64,000 nt of DNA from an archaeon UBA583 (GCA_002506365.1 DAXK01000045.1:6301-70300); one strand, 5' to 3'; shown: positions 32,501-41,920, counted from the first letter of the stretch. Program-made: numbers and translations. The notes: generated from the letters alone by a model not told the origin.

Positions 32501-34062
32501 TCAAAAATCGTCCTATTCAAATCAACAAATCCCCACCCTTGATTCATATCAGGCATAGTTCCAGTAATATCTTTAGCCCCATTAATTAACATTGCTTTAA
32601 CTAACGCAGAAGTAGGACTACTAATACTTTTATTTTTAATTAAATATTCTCGTAATAAAGAAACAATTCCAGCAGTCGTAGGAGTTGCCATAGAAGTTCC
32701 ACTCTTAACACTATAATCTCCACTCCCTCCATTTACATGTGATTTAGTTGAAGTAATTCCTGAACCCGGAGCTACAACATCAGGTTTAATTCTTCCATCA
32801 TCAGTTGGACCTTTTGAACTAAAACTAGCAATTGATAAATCCACCGAACTAGCTCCAACAGTAATTGCATTCTTAGAAGTTCCAGGTGGTAAAACAGAAT
32901 TTGCTCCAGAATATTCACAATTATTTCCACCAGTTCCACAATTCCCTGCAGCAAACAAAATAATCATATCCTTATTATTCCAAGTAAAAGTATCAACATC
33001 AACAGACTCACTAGAATAATCCCCTAAACTTGTAGGATCACCCCAACTATTAGAATGAATTTGAGCACCAAATACATAAGCAGGTTCAAACATCCCAGTA
33101 GCCAAATTATTTGGAACTCCTAAACCAAAATCACTCCCAGTCCAATACTCAAGAGCCTGAAAATATAAATCAGACTTTGGAGCCATCCCAGAATTTGAAC
33201 CAACATAATTATTATTTTCTAAATCAGCTCCAGATAAAACACCATTACCTAAAACTGAACCTGCAACATGTGTCCCATGTCCAGAATCTAAATCGGAAGC
33301 TCCATCAGAACCCACAAGCTCAATAATTTCAACTGACTTATTTAAAAAATCAGCATGGAAAGAAGAATTATGAACTCCAATATCTAAACCAGTATCAGCA
33401 ACTGCTACAATCTGACCCTCACCAAATAAATTAAATTCATTAAAATAATTATAAACATTAGTTGTAGACTTAGAATTAACATTTTGAATTTGCGGATAAC
33501 TATAACTATAAATAAAATTAACCTGTTCATACTCCTCTAAAAAAGAAACTTTAGACTTATCAATTAAAATAAGTAACCGTCCATTATCTGAAGAAATAAT
33601 TTCCCCACCTAAACTTAAAACTTCATTCTCAAATAAACTTGAAACTGATTTATCAAATAAATGAACTTTAAATAATTCTGGACTTAAAACATTAAAATTT
33701 GATACTCTAAAATTTTGAATTTCCTTAGTTTTCTCAATTTTTTCATTATTACTATCTTTATTTTTTTTAAATCTTTCAACAGATTTAATAAAAGAAAAAT
33801 CAGAAACTTCATCAACAATATTTTTATCAAATTTAGTTAAAAAAGAATTATCTCCAACATAAGAAATAAAAAAAACTCCAATATTTTCCAAACTATCCTT
33901 ATCCTCTTGATAAATTAAATCTGAAAACTCAACCACAAAATATTTATCAGTCGATTCAACAAAAGATGGAACTAAATCAAAATCCTCCCCTTTAGAAAAA
34001 CCAGAAACTAATACTATTAAAATTAAAAAAAAAATACTAATAAATTCAAAAAATTTTCTCAT
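29563..34062 (-). CDS. Giant (1499 aa) secreted, membrane-anchored subtilisin-like serine protease (peptidase S8)
   Basis: N-terminal signal peptide. Catalytic triad motifs VAVADTGLD, HGTHVAGSV and GTSMATPTTAG. Long beta-rich N/S-rich extension, Gly/Ser linker SGSSGGGGGGGSSSS, C-terminal TM (VLAGVFVLAFVVFV) and a basic tail. Confidence 0.85.
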   Translation of the reverse strand: MRKFFEFISIFFLILIVLVSGFSKGEDFDLVPSFVESTDKYFVVEFSDLIYQEDKDSLENIGVFFISYVGDNSFLTKFDKNIVDEVSDFSFIKSVERFKKNKDSNNEKIEKTKEIQNFRVSNFNVLSPELFKVHLFDKSVSSLFENEVLSLGGEIISSDNGRLLILIDKSKVSFLEEYEQVNFIYSYSYPQIQNVNSKSTTNVYNYFNEFNLFGEGQIVAVADTGLDIGVHNSSFHADFLNKSVEIIELVGSDGASDLDSGHGTHVAGSVLGNGVLSGADLENNNYVGSNSGMAPKSDLYFQALEYWTGSDFGLGVPNNLATGMFEPAYVFGAQIHSNSWGDPTSLGDYSSESVDVDTFTWNNKDMIILFAAGNCGTGGNNCEYSGANSVLPPGTSKNAITVGASSVDLSIASFSSKGPTDDGRIKPDVVAPGSGITSTKSHVNGGSGDYSVKSGTSMATPTTAGIVSLLREYLIKNKSISSPTSALVKAMLINGAKDITGTMPDMNQGWGFVDLNRTIFEDNKNSLELFEISSGLSTSQEYEYNFTINKSSLEFRVSLVWTDYPSSVGAGNKLVNNLDLVLISPDGTEYFGNDFSYPFNDSVDLLNNVEGIRIKLSDSGNYSLKIKGSNVPNGPQPFSYVISTNSLFEDVSINLDNPINLSNLDNPIVGFNVSSSNNSDSAWISFDNGITNYSMNKVNLTYFNYSYDFSTFGNYSAIVFMNDSINGKIFSSDKVYFTVNEPRINFVSPVFDSVVTNYDLWYNFSLNFSKNISEVFYFNGTNYVDLSSSLSDNWLNISLNLTDVVNQSILFNVTDIYGIKSSKVINFTFNLLPKLVIYSPLNNTVVNVSKLNFFINASFNKNVSSLIYNVGSKKIDITDLVVNNKLVTNLTIFNYTSQVISFNFTDDLGIFDIYELFVNFSLNLGGNATDFDNDGVSDLVDNVVGDESNVDSSFSNLNISINLSSNLSKVFDEVLNVSFSNNSDKLVEFSYNFSNLSIDFTKVIIKSEVKSNKSKFFVSGLELESGNTKTIYLDLYGNISKAHSLCLKDLEVGSLDEISDLCDGDNETFVDVIPKVVNGYNVSYTDLSNSTVKISGLSHSGVSQMCTEDWSYGSWGTCSSSSQSRVAVDLNSCGTSYTRESLVQSCSSSSSGSSGGGGGGGSSSSTSEDEFGLVKDEDNKFNYKVDGDSISSSSKFSRKEDVLILDGSLKLVEFGYDFSDEELDLSDIEIKYDFTDRSSIILKGFSSLGLDKTVYLKNNLDLDYVCVKNTEISSISSFSKNCLGSNEYYFKCDNKLYSGFYCSLSSGYYKISGLKSSAVIEADSFMVSSNEEDVEDVEEIVEIVETENDDIEVVKKVKTENDDLKIKNFKTMSDEITDKVKGEDLKVEDINLTNQEILNESYESEVVEEDSRVMIYVLAGVFVLAFVVFVRIIVVRKNYLNSEESRANHRIFKKYVADSIKIGKSRTIIKNELYNCNKKEFYTMIDEVIEKEFSTNKEK

Positions 34063-34199
34063 AAAATAATCTCATAAATTTATTTTTATAAATACTAGTA
34101 ATAACTAAAAACAAATAATAAATAAATAATAAATTATTAATATAAATTTAATAAATAATTTAAAAATAAAAATAATTTAATAATTTAAAAAATATATTT

Positions 34200-34994
34200 T
34201 TACTCAACAACTGATGTAAAAATATTTTTTAAATTTAAAAATTCTCCCAAAATATCATCATAAAATAAAGTGATAGATTCCCAATAAAAATTAAATAAAA
34301 TAAACAAAATAATATACTTAATTAATCTTCCCATAAAAACCAAATAAATATACTGACCTAAAGGATACCTAAAACTTCCAAAAAATACAGTTAATAATTC
34401 TACAGGTCCTGGAAAAATATTTCCTAATAATAAAATCCACCCTCCACTAGAATTAATTTTTTCTTGATACTTTTCAAAATTTTTAGCAAAAATTTTTGAA
34501 ACAAATCTTTCTCCTAACAATCTTCCAACTAAATAATTAAAAACTAACCCACAAACATTTCCAATTGTCATAAGCAACAAAATCACAAACCCTGGATAAG
34601 TAGTTGAATCTAAAAAAAATATAAATAATGCCTCTGAAGGAATTGCTAAAAAAAACAAACTTCCAAAAATTGCAGTATAAAACATTCCAGCAATTGTATT
34701 ATTTGCAATCTCACCCTCAAAATATAAATATCTTGAATAAACTGTTGGATTTGATTTTAAAATACTCATAATATACTCTAAAAAAGGTTCATAAAAAATA
34801 TAAATCAAACCAATACACACAAAAATCAAAGGCCACTTTAAACTCAAAGGTTTTCCACCTCTAACATTTCTACTTTTCTTTTTCTGAGTTCTCTCAATCT
34901 CAGAAGGCAAAATTATTTCAATTTCATCGTGCGGATCTTCAATTTCCACATAATAATCATTTGATTTACTCATATAACTTAAAGTTCTAAACAA
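34200..34994 (-). CDS. DedA/TVP38 (VTT-domain) family membrane protein
   Basis: Multi-TM protein. The segment ..LVGRLLGERFVSKIFAKNFEKYQEKINSSGGWILLLGNIFPGPVELLTVFFG.. resembles the DedA signature. Confidence 0.5.
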   Translation of the reverse strand: MFRTLSYMSKSNDYYVEIEDPHDEIEIILPSEIERTQKKKSRNVRGGKPLSLKWPLIFVCIGLIYIFYEPFLEYIMSILKSNPTVYSRYLYFEGEIANNTIAGMFYTAIFGSLFFLAIPSEALFIFFLDSTTYPGFVILLLMTIGNVCGLVFNYLVGRLLGERFVSKIFAKNFEKYQEKINSSGGWILLLGNIFPGPVELLTVFFGSFRYPLGQYIYLVFMGRLIKYIILFILFNFYWESITLFYDDILGEFLNLKNIFTSVVE

Positions 34995-35025
34995 AGTTTA
35001 TAAATATATCTTACTACAAAATAAT

Positions 35026-35751
35026 ATGGGATATGAAATTTTATCAGATGATTTACTTCATAACAAAGATGAGGCAAACGGACCACCTAGATCTTCTTGG
35101 CTTAGAAAATTTATAGACAGAGTTAAATGGTTCAAATTACATTTATTTACAGTTTTAATAATTATACTAGGGATATTTTTATATTTTAATTTAGATTTAG
35201 ATTTTAATTTTGAAGATACCGAATCTGGAGTATTAACATTATCTGGAAACTTTAAATCATTTTCACAAAACTACACTGGAGATTTAGAAGTTGACTCAAC
35301 AAAATTTTCAATTTTAAGTCCATCTGGACAATTTGATGGAGAAACACAAACAATATTACTAAAAAATTTTTCAGGAACAATTAACCAAATAAATAAATCT
35401 ATTATATTTAATGGAACAACACAAACCTTAGAATTTGGTAAAAATAAACTAAACACACAAGACAAAACTTTTATTTTAACATCTACTGGAAAAACAAACA
35501 CAAAATTATTACTAAAAGAAATTTTCTTTGAAGAATTAAACGGAGCTGCTAAACTTGACAAAACACTAAACTATGAATTTGAAAATTCATCAATTAAAAT
35601 TTTTAACTTTAACACAAGTTTTGCATACGATGGAACTTTCACATTCTCAGGACAAGCTGAAAAATTTGAGATTATTTCAAACAAACATAATTTAAAAATT
35701 AACTTTGATAAAAACTCAACTAAACCAAATTCAGAAGAAACTTCTGAATAA
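35026..35751 (+). CDS. Hypothetical single-pass membrane protein (241 aa), divergent from the DedA-like gene
   Basis: N-terminal cytoplasmic stretch, TM LHLFTVLIIILGIFLYF, and an S/T/N-rich extracytoplasmic domain. Its last roughly 90 nt are duplicated downstream. Confidence 0.45.
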   Translation: MGYEILSDDLLHNKDEANGPPRSSWLRKFIDRVKWFKLHLFTVLIIILGIFLYFNLDLDFNFEDTESGVLTLSGNFKSFSQNYTGDLEVDSTKFSILSPSGQFDGETQTILLKNFSGTINQINKSIIFNGTTQTLEFGKNKLNTQDKTFILTSTGKTNTKLLLKEIFFEELNGAAKLDKTLNYEFENSSIKIFNFNTSFAYDGTFTFSGQAEKFEIISNKHNLKINFDKNSTKPNSEETSE

Positions 35752-35943
35752 TTTTTTTTGCCTCGTTTTTTAGAATTTTTAGCCAAAAGTGAGAAAGCCT
35801 CAAGATGGCTTTCGACCTGACGCGTATAAAAAATTCTTAAAAAAACGTGATTTGAGATTATCTCAAACAAACATAACTTAAAAATTAACTTTGATAAAAA
35901 TTCAACAAAACCAAACTTAGAAGAAACTTCTGAATAATTTTTT
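35665..35943 (+). repeat. About 93-bp direct repeats (3' end of ORF 35026 and a noncoding copy 186 bp downstream) bracketing a GC-rich roughly 93-bp island
   Basis: 35665-35757 and 35851-35943 align with 6 mismatches, mostly T/C transitions. The insert 35758-35850 contains gccaaaagtgagaAAGCCtcaagatGGCTTTcgacctgacgcg (a 6-bp stem with a 7-nt loop) in an otherwise roughly 25% GC genome. Confidence 0.7.
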
Positions 35944-36062
35944 ACCTTGTTTTTATTTAATTTAATTTCAAATCTTTAATTATTAATCTTATAATAATAT
36001 TCTAAACTACATTTATCACAATAAAATAAATAACTGAAACAATTAAATAACCAATAATCACT

Positions 36063-39000
36063 TTAATCATTTTTATCATCTCTCTTTAAATATTTTTTAT
36101 TATTAACAACATCTAAAGCCTCCAAAGTTTTTTTTTCATAATAATTATCCAATATCTCAAAAGTTCTTTTCTTACTAAAATTAATTTTATTATAAATAAA
36201 AAATCCACAAATAAACAAAATCAAAAATATGCTAATATACCCCTCAACCCTAAATGTTTGATTACTACTTAAAACCTTAATAACATTTCCTCCACTTAAA
36301 CTACTATTTGTATTATTATTAGTATTCAATTTATTCTCTCCAAAAAATCCAAAATCTAAACTATTCTTATCATTCAAAGTAATTTGCTCAGAATTCAACT
36401 CTAAAACAACCCCATGTTTTAATCCATAAATTAAATATAAATCATTCCAATTATCACACCTTAAACTATTAAAATATTTTCCATCACAAGTTAAAACAAA
36501 TTCATTATTTTCTAAACAATTTTCAGAAACATCACTAACACTATTTAAACTCCCTGAATACTTAACACAAACTTTATTCAAATTATTTTTATTTTTTAAA
36601 TAAATAACTGGATTTGTAACTAATTGAGTCAAACCTGAAACAATAACATAATTACTTTTATCACCTAACTCATCACTCACAATATTTAATGTTTCCAAAT
36701 TTAAATTAGAATAATTAAAATTAAACTCAAAACTAACTATCTTTAAATTATCAACAATTAAATCAATACTTTTAATACTCTCAAACTTAGAACTTTCATC
36801 AATTTTTTTTAAATCAACTAAAACATCAAAATTACTCAATTCATTAAAAAAAATCAAATTTCCATTTCCATCTCCACTATTAAAATTCTGAGTATCCACA
36901 AAAACATTATCCGAACTTAAAGATTTTTTTTTATTTTTTCTACTACTAGAACCTCCTCCACTACTTTTAACAACAGTAGAAACTATTTCACAACTCTGAG
37001 AAAGGTTCTCCCTTGTAAAACTAGTCCCGCAAGAGTTCAAATCAATAGCACTTCTTTTCATAACCCCATTATCACAACTAGACCAACTAGAATACTCCCA
37101 ACTCTCAGAACACATCTGATAAACTGCTGAATGAGTTAATCCTGAAACAAAAACAAATATTTTATTATCTTTATATTTTTTCTCCACCTCATAATTATTA
37201 TACTCAAATGGGAAGGAATTAACATAATACTCATAAGACCCATTACAACTCAAACTAAAATTAAAATCTTCAACAAAATTATCACTCAAACAAACTCCAG
37301 AATTCTTATTCTTATCACCAATTAACTCAAAACGAATAGTCTTACTCTCATTATTAGATAAATTAACTCCCGAAATAAATAATTTAGTTAAATTATTAAA
37401 ATTATTTGTTTCAAATTTAATATTTGATAAATTTATAGATTTATTATCATAAAGCTCAAAATTAAATCTATTATTTGAATTATTATCATAAAAATATAAA
37501 TTATTATTATTTCTCTCAACTGACAAATTCAAATTAATTTCTCCAAATAAACTCAAATTAAACTTATCTTTATCTAAAAATCTTTCAAAACTTAACTTAT
37601 GTAAAATAAATCCATCTAAAGTTTTTTCATAAATCTCAAACCCAAAAAAATAAATCTCAGGAGAAATATTAAAAACTCCATTATAAGAATTATTCAAAAC
37701 TTTATCCGATAAATCAATATACTTATTCTCAAAACCTAACTCTATATACTTAAACAAATTCCCATTTTCTAAAAACTCATCAGAAAAATTAATCTCAAAC
37801 TCAAACTCACTTTGATTACTTAAATTAAAATAAAATAAATCTTCATTATTATAACCATTCTCCTCAGACTCCCAATAACTTAAATTAATTAAATAATTAA
37901 ACTCTAAAGGTAAAATCTCTTTAATCTCAGAATTAACTTTAGAAACTACAACTGAAAATGATTGATTCTTTAAAGTTGTAATATTAAATCCATAAACAGA
38001 TAAACTATACTCTCCTAAAACCAATTCATCAGAATTTACAACAATTTGTTCAATATTATTTAATCTATCAAAATCTCCCTCATCAGAAAAATCATTCCCT
38101 AAATACTCAACACCATCCTCAGATACAACCCTTAAATCTAAATCATTAACTAAACCTAAACCAGGATAATCAGACCAAACCAAAGTTAATTTTAAATCTG
38201 AACTTAAATTTGTAACATTAAAACTATAATTAAAAACTCCTCCATGTCCAATCCCAACTAACTCATCAACAAATATTAACTCACGATTATTACTCTCATC
38301 AACAGAACCTTTCAAATCCACAACTCCAAAACCATAAACATTATCTGGTCCAACAACTCCATTATCCTTAGCCCCATTAATTAATGCAGCTTTAACCAAA
38401 CTTGAAGACACAACATCAAAACTTTTATTTTTAATTAAATACTCTCTAATCAAAGCACTAACTCCCGCAACTAAAGGTGCTGCCATAGAAGTTCCACTTT
38501 TACTTTGATAATCTCCAGACCCTGATGCAAAACTTGAACGTGTAGATGTAACAGAACTTCCCAAAGCCACAATATCAGGCTTAAACCTTCCATCCTCAGT
38601 TGGTCCACGAGAACTAAATCCAGCAATATTAAATCCATCTGAACTAGTTGCTCCAACCGCAATTGAATTTTTACTAGAAGACTGTAAAGTAACACTACTA
38701 CCTCCAGAACTCCCATAATTCCCTGTTGCCATAACAATAGTAAAATCAAAATTATTGTAAATAAATTCATCAATATCATAAGAATGAGATAAATATTTAC
38801 CCAAATTATTTCTATTTCCCCAACTATTAGAATGAACTCTAACTCCTTGATCATAAGCTGGACCAAATAAATTATTTAAATTATTTGGAATTGAAAGAAC
38901 ATATTTATTATAATAATTCCCACAATACATAGAATTATCACACAAAATCTCAATTGCTTGAAAAAATAATCCAGCTAATGGAGCAGTTCCAGATTTTGAA

Positions 39001-39617
39001 CTTGAAAAATTCCTACTAATAATGTCCGAACCTGACAAAACACCAGTCCCAACAGCAGACCCAGCTACATGAGTCCCATGCCCATTTACATCAGAAGTTC
39101 CATCATTATTTAAATTTCCATCTCCAACCTCATATAATATTACAGTTTTATTTCTAAAATCATTATGAATATTTGATAAATCTCCAGTATCTAAACCAGT
39201 ATCAGAAATTCCAATAATTTGACCTAATCCATACAACCCAAAATTATCAAAAAAATAATTAACATTCAAAAACTCTTTTCCCTCCACATTTTGTTTAACT
39301 GGGAAACTAAAATTTTCAACAAATTCAACATACTCAAGTTCGGAAATAATATTCACACTTAAACTATCTAAACCAAACCTAACTCTATTCTCAGAAACTA
39401 AAAATATTTCCCCTCCTAAATTTAAAATATTATTTGATAATTCTAAAACAAACTCATCAGAAGATAACTCAACTAAATAGACTTCAAAATCATTAGAATT
39501 CAAATTAATAAAATTATTATCATTAACTTGAAGTTTTTCATCATATTCACTAAACCCAAAAAAAAAAGAATTTACAAAAAAGATAAATAAAATAAATAAT
39601 TTTATTTTTTTTAACAT
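36063..39617 (-). CDS. Second giant (1184 aa) membrane-anchored subtilisin-like serine protease (S8), paralogue of 29563..34062
   Basis: GISDTGLDTG, HGTHVAGSA and GTSMAAPLVAG. It shares a Cys-rich module with the first protease (GLTHSAVYQMCSESWEYSSW..DLNSCGTSFTRENLSQSC vs GLSHSGVSQMCTEDWSYGSW..DLNSCGTSYTRESLVQSC). C-terminal TM plus tail. Confidence 0.85.
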   Translation of the reverse strand: MLKKIKLFILFIFFVNSFFFGFSEYDEKLQVNDNNFINLNSNDFEVYLVELSSDEFVLELSNNILNLGGEIFLVSENRVRFGLDSLSVNIISELEYVEFVENFSFPVKQNVEGKEFLNVNYFFDNFGLYGLGQIIGISDTGLDTGDLSNIHNDFRNKTVILYEVGDGNLNNDGTSDVNGHGTHVAGSAVGTGVLSGSDIISRNFSSSKSGTAPLAGLFFQAIEILCDNSMYCGNYYNKYVLSIPNNLNNLFGPAYDQGVRVHSNSWGNRNNLGKYLSHSYDIDEFIYNNFDFTIVMATGNYGSSGGSSVTLQSSSKNSIAVGATSSDGFNIAGFSSRGPTEDGRFKPDIVALGSSVTSTRSSFASGSGDYQSKSGTSMAAPLVAGVSALIREYLIKNKSFDVVSSSLVKAALINGAKDNGVVGPDNVYGFGVVDLKGSVDESNNRELIFVDELVGIGHGGVFNYSFNVTNLSSDLKLTLVWSDYPGLGLVNDLDLRVVSEDGVEYLGNDFSDEGDFDRLNNIEQIVVNSDELVLGEYSLSVYGFNITTLKNQSFSVVVSKVNSEIKEILPLEFNYLINLSYWESEENGYNNEDLFYFNLSNQSEFEFEINFSDEFLENGNLFKYIELGFENKYIDLSDKVLNNSYNGVFNISPEIYFFGFEIYEKTLDGFILHKLSFERFLDKDKFNLSLFGEINLNLSVERNNNNLYFYDNNSNNRFNFELYDNKSINLSNIKFETNNFNNLTKLFISGVNLSNNESKTIRFELIGDKNKNSGVCLSDNFVEDFNFSLSCNGSYEYYVNSFPFEYNNYEVEKKYKDNKIFVFVSGLTHSAVYQMCSESWEYSSWSSCDNGVMKRSAIDLNSCGTSFTRENLSQSCEIVSTVVKSSGGGSSSRKNKKKSLSSDNVFVDTQNFNSGDGNGNLIFFNELSNFDVLVDLKKIDESSKFESIKSIDLIVDNLKIVSFEFNFNYSNLNLETLNIVSDELGDKSNYVIVSGLTQLVTNPVIYLKNKNNLNKVCVKYSGSLNSVSDVSENCLENNEFVLTCDGKYFNSLRCDNWNDLYLIYGLKHGVVLELNSEQITLNDKNSLDFGFFGENKLNTNNNTNSSLSGGNVIKVLSSNQTFRVEGYISIFLILFICGFFIYNKINFSKKRTFEILDNYYEKKTLEALDVVNNKKYLKRDDKND

Positions 39618-39643
39618 AGAAAAAAGTGCAGTTCAAATAATAT

Positions 39644-39844
39644 AAACATCATTTTAAACTAAAACACTCAAAACTAGACTTTCAAAATTTAATCTTTATT
39701 CATTAAAAAGTTAATTATTCTTAAAAATTACACAGTAATTTTCTAGGTTTTCTTGGCGAGACTTTCTTTTAGCGCCCAAAGGTAAGCGTCCAAAAGAAAG
39801 ATCATATCAAACATCATTTTAAACTAAAACACTCAAAACTGGAC
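39644..39844 (+). repeat. 36-bp direct repeats (aaacatcattttaaactaaaacactcaaaact[a/g]gac) bracketing a roughly 130-bp insert with a GC-rich core
   Basis: 39644-39679 and 39809-39844 differ at one base. The insert contains ggttttcttggcgagactttcttttagcgcccaaaggtaagcgtccaaaagaaag, which resembles the island core at 35780-35815. Confidence 0.6.
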
Positions 39845-39934
39845 AAAAACAATAAAAAATAATATTAAATAAAACTATTCAACTAACTCAACTTAAAAAA
39901 ATTAATTTATTTTCAAATTAAATTAATTTTAAAT

Positions 39935-41557
39935 TTAACTTGCTATAAGTTCATATGAATCAAAAAAAACATCAGTTCCAACTTGAAATATATTTAATTC
40001 ATTATGAGTGTCAGAACCTTCAAAAATTAAATTAATGGAATCATTAATTGGATTAAATTCATAAATTTTAGGACCTATTCCCCCTCCTTGTGGACTCCAA
40101 TATTTTTGAGTGATATATAATTTATCTCCAAATTGATACATCTCTACTTGATCTCCAACATTTAAATATCCATCAAATGTTGAAACCATTGAAAAAGTAG
40201 TTCCATTAAATTTTCCAACATTATAATCAGTTGACCCATCATCAACTCTAAAAATAAATAATTCATTTCCAATCTTAAAAATTTGAGAATTTGAACTTGT
40301 AAATGTATTTAAACTTCCACCTCTAAAATCTGTAACTCTTGTAATTGTTGACCCATCATATTCAAATAATTCTTGTCCAGTTGACCCATCATTATGAATA
40401 AAATATAATTTTCCATTTAACTCAGTATATTCATAAGGTCTAGTAAAACTATCTCCTGGTCTAATATCTTGAACAAGATTTGTAGTAACTCCATCTGATT
40501 CCCAAACCTCAAAACCTTGTGAACCATTTCTTGCACTAAACACTACTTTATTATTAAAAACAATTAAATCTCCAGTCAAACTATCTCCAACTCCAGAAAC
40601 AATATCTGCAACATTTGTTGTAACTAATGAAGTTGTTGTTTTATATAATTCATTTCCAAAAGTAGCAGAATTTCCTGCAAAATATAAATCTCCATTATAT
40701 GGAGTTAAACTTCCAAAATACCCACTCTCAGAAGCTCCAGGATAATAATCTTGATCAAAAGAAATAGTAGTTCCATCAAAACTAAATAATTCTTGTTCAC
40801 TAGATCCATTTTTAGAAATAAAATAAATTTTATTATTAAACTCTGTAATAGATGAAACCATTACATAACCAATAATTGAAGTTGGAATATAATCAACCAA
40901 ATTTAAACTTGGAGGAGAAGTTAAAACTTCATAAACTCCTGCTTTAATAGAATCATTATAATAAAATAAATAATTTTTTCCATTAAAAGAAAAAGAATTT
41001 TTACTAAATAACTGACCTAAATTTAAATTATGTTCAACTAAATTAGTTCCAGTGATTTGAGTATCTCCTTGACCTCCCTTTAATTCATTATCAACAAACT
41101 TATAACTCTCAAAAATCCCATCATCCGTAACAACAACAATATTAGCTGACCCAGAAACATTATCCAAACAACTTGAAATATTAACTGAATCTAAACCTGA
41201 AACACTACCATTAAAATTACAATCAACATCATTAATTTTAATAGAATTAATAGAAGAATTCCCAGCTGAGTTTACATATAATTTTTCTCCAACTAATCCT
41301 TCAACAGTCACAGAGTTTGAAGAGCTAGTTTGAGTTTCAACATCCACAAAAACTCCAGAACTAAATGTTGTGAACCAACCTTGAAATCCAACTACAGCAG
41401 TTACAGCAATTACTAAAAGTAAAGCAGTAGCTACAACTGGACTTATAGCTTTATTACTATAAATTAATTTTTTTATTTTAAATTTAAACATAAATATTAA
41501 TTTAATTTTTTTCATTATAAATATTTTGTTTATATAAAATAAATAACTAAATAACAA
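39935..41557 (-). CDS. Pilin-like (class III signal peptide) protein with ELWxxDGT-type beta-propeller repeats; the real start is probably an internal Met (about 41515 or 41491)
   Basis: KAISPVVATALLLVIAVTAVVGFQGWFTTFSS. Repeats ELFSFDGTT, GFEVWESDGVT and ELFEYDGST, each spaced by about 45-50 aa. Confidence 0.6.
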   Translation of the reverse strand: MLFSYLFYINKIFIMKKIKLIFMFKFKIKKLIYSNKAISPVVATALLLVIAVTAVVGFQGWFTTFSSGVFVDVETQTSSSNSVTVEGLVGEKLYVNSAGNSSINSIKINDVDCNFNGSVSGLDSVNISSCLDNVSGSANIVVVTDDGIFESYKFVDNELKGGQGDTQITGTNLVEHNLNLGQLFSKNSFSFNGKNYLFYYNDSIKAGVYEVLTSPPSLNLVDYIPTSIIGYVMVSSITEFNNKIYFISKNGSSEQELFSFDGTTISFDQDYYPGASESGYFGSLTPYNGDLYFAGNSATFGNELYKTTTSLVTTNVADIVSGVGDSLTGDLIVFNNKVVFSARNGSQGFEVWESDGVTTNLVQDIRPGDSFTRPYEYTELNGKLYFIHNDGSTGQELFEYDGSTITRVTDFRGGSLNTFTSSNSQIFKIGNELFIFRVDDGSTDYNVGKFNGTTFSMVSTFDGYLNVGDQVEMYQFGDKLYITQKYWSPQGGGIGPKIYEFNPINDSINLIFEGSDTHNELNIFQVGTDVFFDSYELIAS

Positions 41558-41560
41558 TAT

Positions 41561-41920
41561 TTACTCAACTAACTCAACTTTATCTCCTATCTTAATATCA
41601 TTAAACTTACCAGCAGTTGACTCAAATACATATCTTGCTTGTGCTTTTGGAGTATAACTTGCCCTCCAAGGCTTTAAAACAATTCTATCAACAACTTCCA
41701 TATTAGAATTTACAAATAAAATATGATAAGGATAAAAACAAAAAAACATTGTAACAGAACTTCCAAACCGAACATCTTGTGATGATGGCATAACTAAACA
41801 AGCTCCTTTCTCAATTGTTTTTTTAGATGCAAACATCAAACCAACAGAAATTCTCCAAATAGATTTCATAACATTAACATTAGGCAAAATTACTTTACCT
41901 TTGTGAATTAATTGACTCAT
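41561..41920 (-). CDS. DUF192 (COG1430) family protein
   Basis: 119 aa; ..RISVGLMFA......GACLVMP...DVRFGSSVTMF.....DILFVNSNMEVVDR.......KAQARYVFE..AG... fits the DUF192 conservation pattern. Confidence 0.5.
   Translation of the reverse strand: MSQLIHKGKVILPNVNVMKSIWRISVGLMFASKKTIEKGACLVMPSSQDVRFGSSVTMFFCFYPYHILFVNSNMEVVDRIVLKPWRASYTPKAQARYVFESTAGKFNDIKIGDKVELVE

Noticed and set aside
35758-35850. tRNA or C/D-box sRNA in the GC-rich island
   Set aside because: No cloverleaf can be drawn: there is a single 6-bp hairpin, and the loop tcaagat lacks U33. No convincing C (RUGAUGA) or D (CUGA) box pairing at the ends.
35571-35870. 99-aa ORF on the minus strand spanning the duplicated region and the GC island
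   Set aside because: It overlaps the 3' end of the better-supported ORF 35026..35751 and the noncoding repeat, has no motif, and is probably a by-product of the repeat structure. It is kept only as a remote possibility that the island is coding.
35665-35943. Diversity-generating retroelement (template repeat / variable repeat pair) formed by the duplicated 3' end of ORF 35026
   Set aside because: The mismatches between the copies are mostly T/C transitions and not adenine-specific. There is no reverse-transcriptase gene anywhere in the window. The variable copy is not in a C-type-lectin-like domain.
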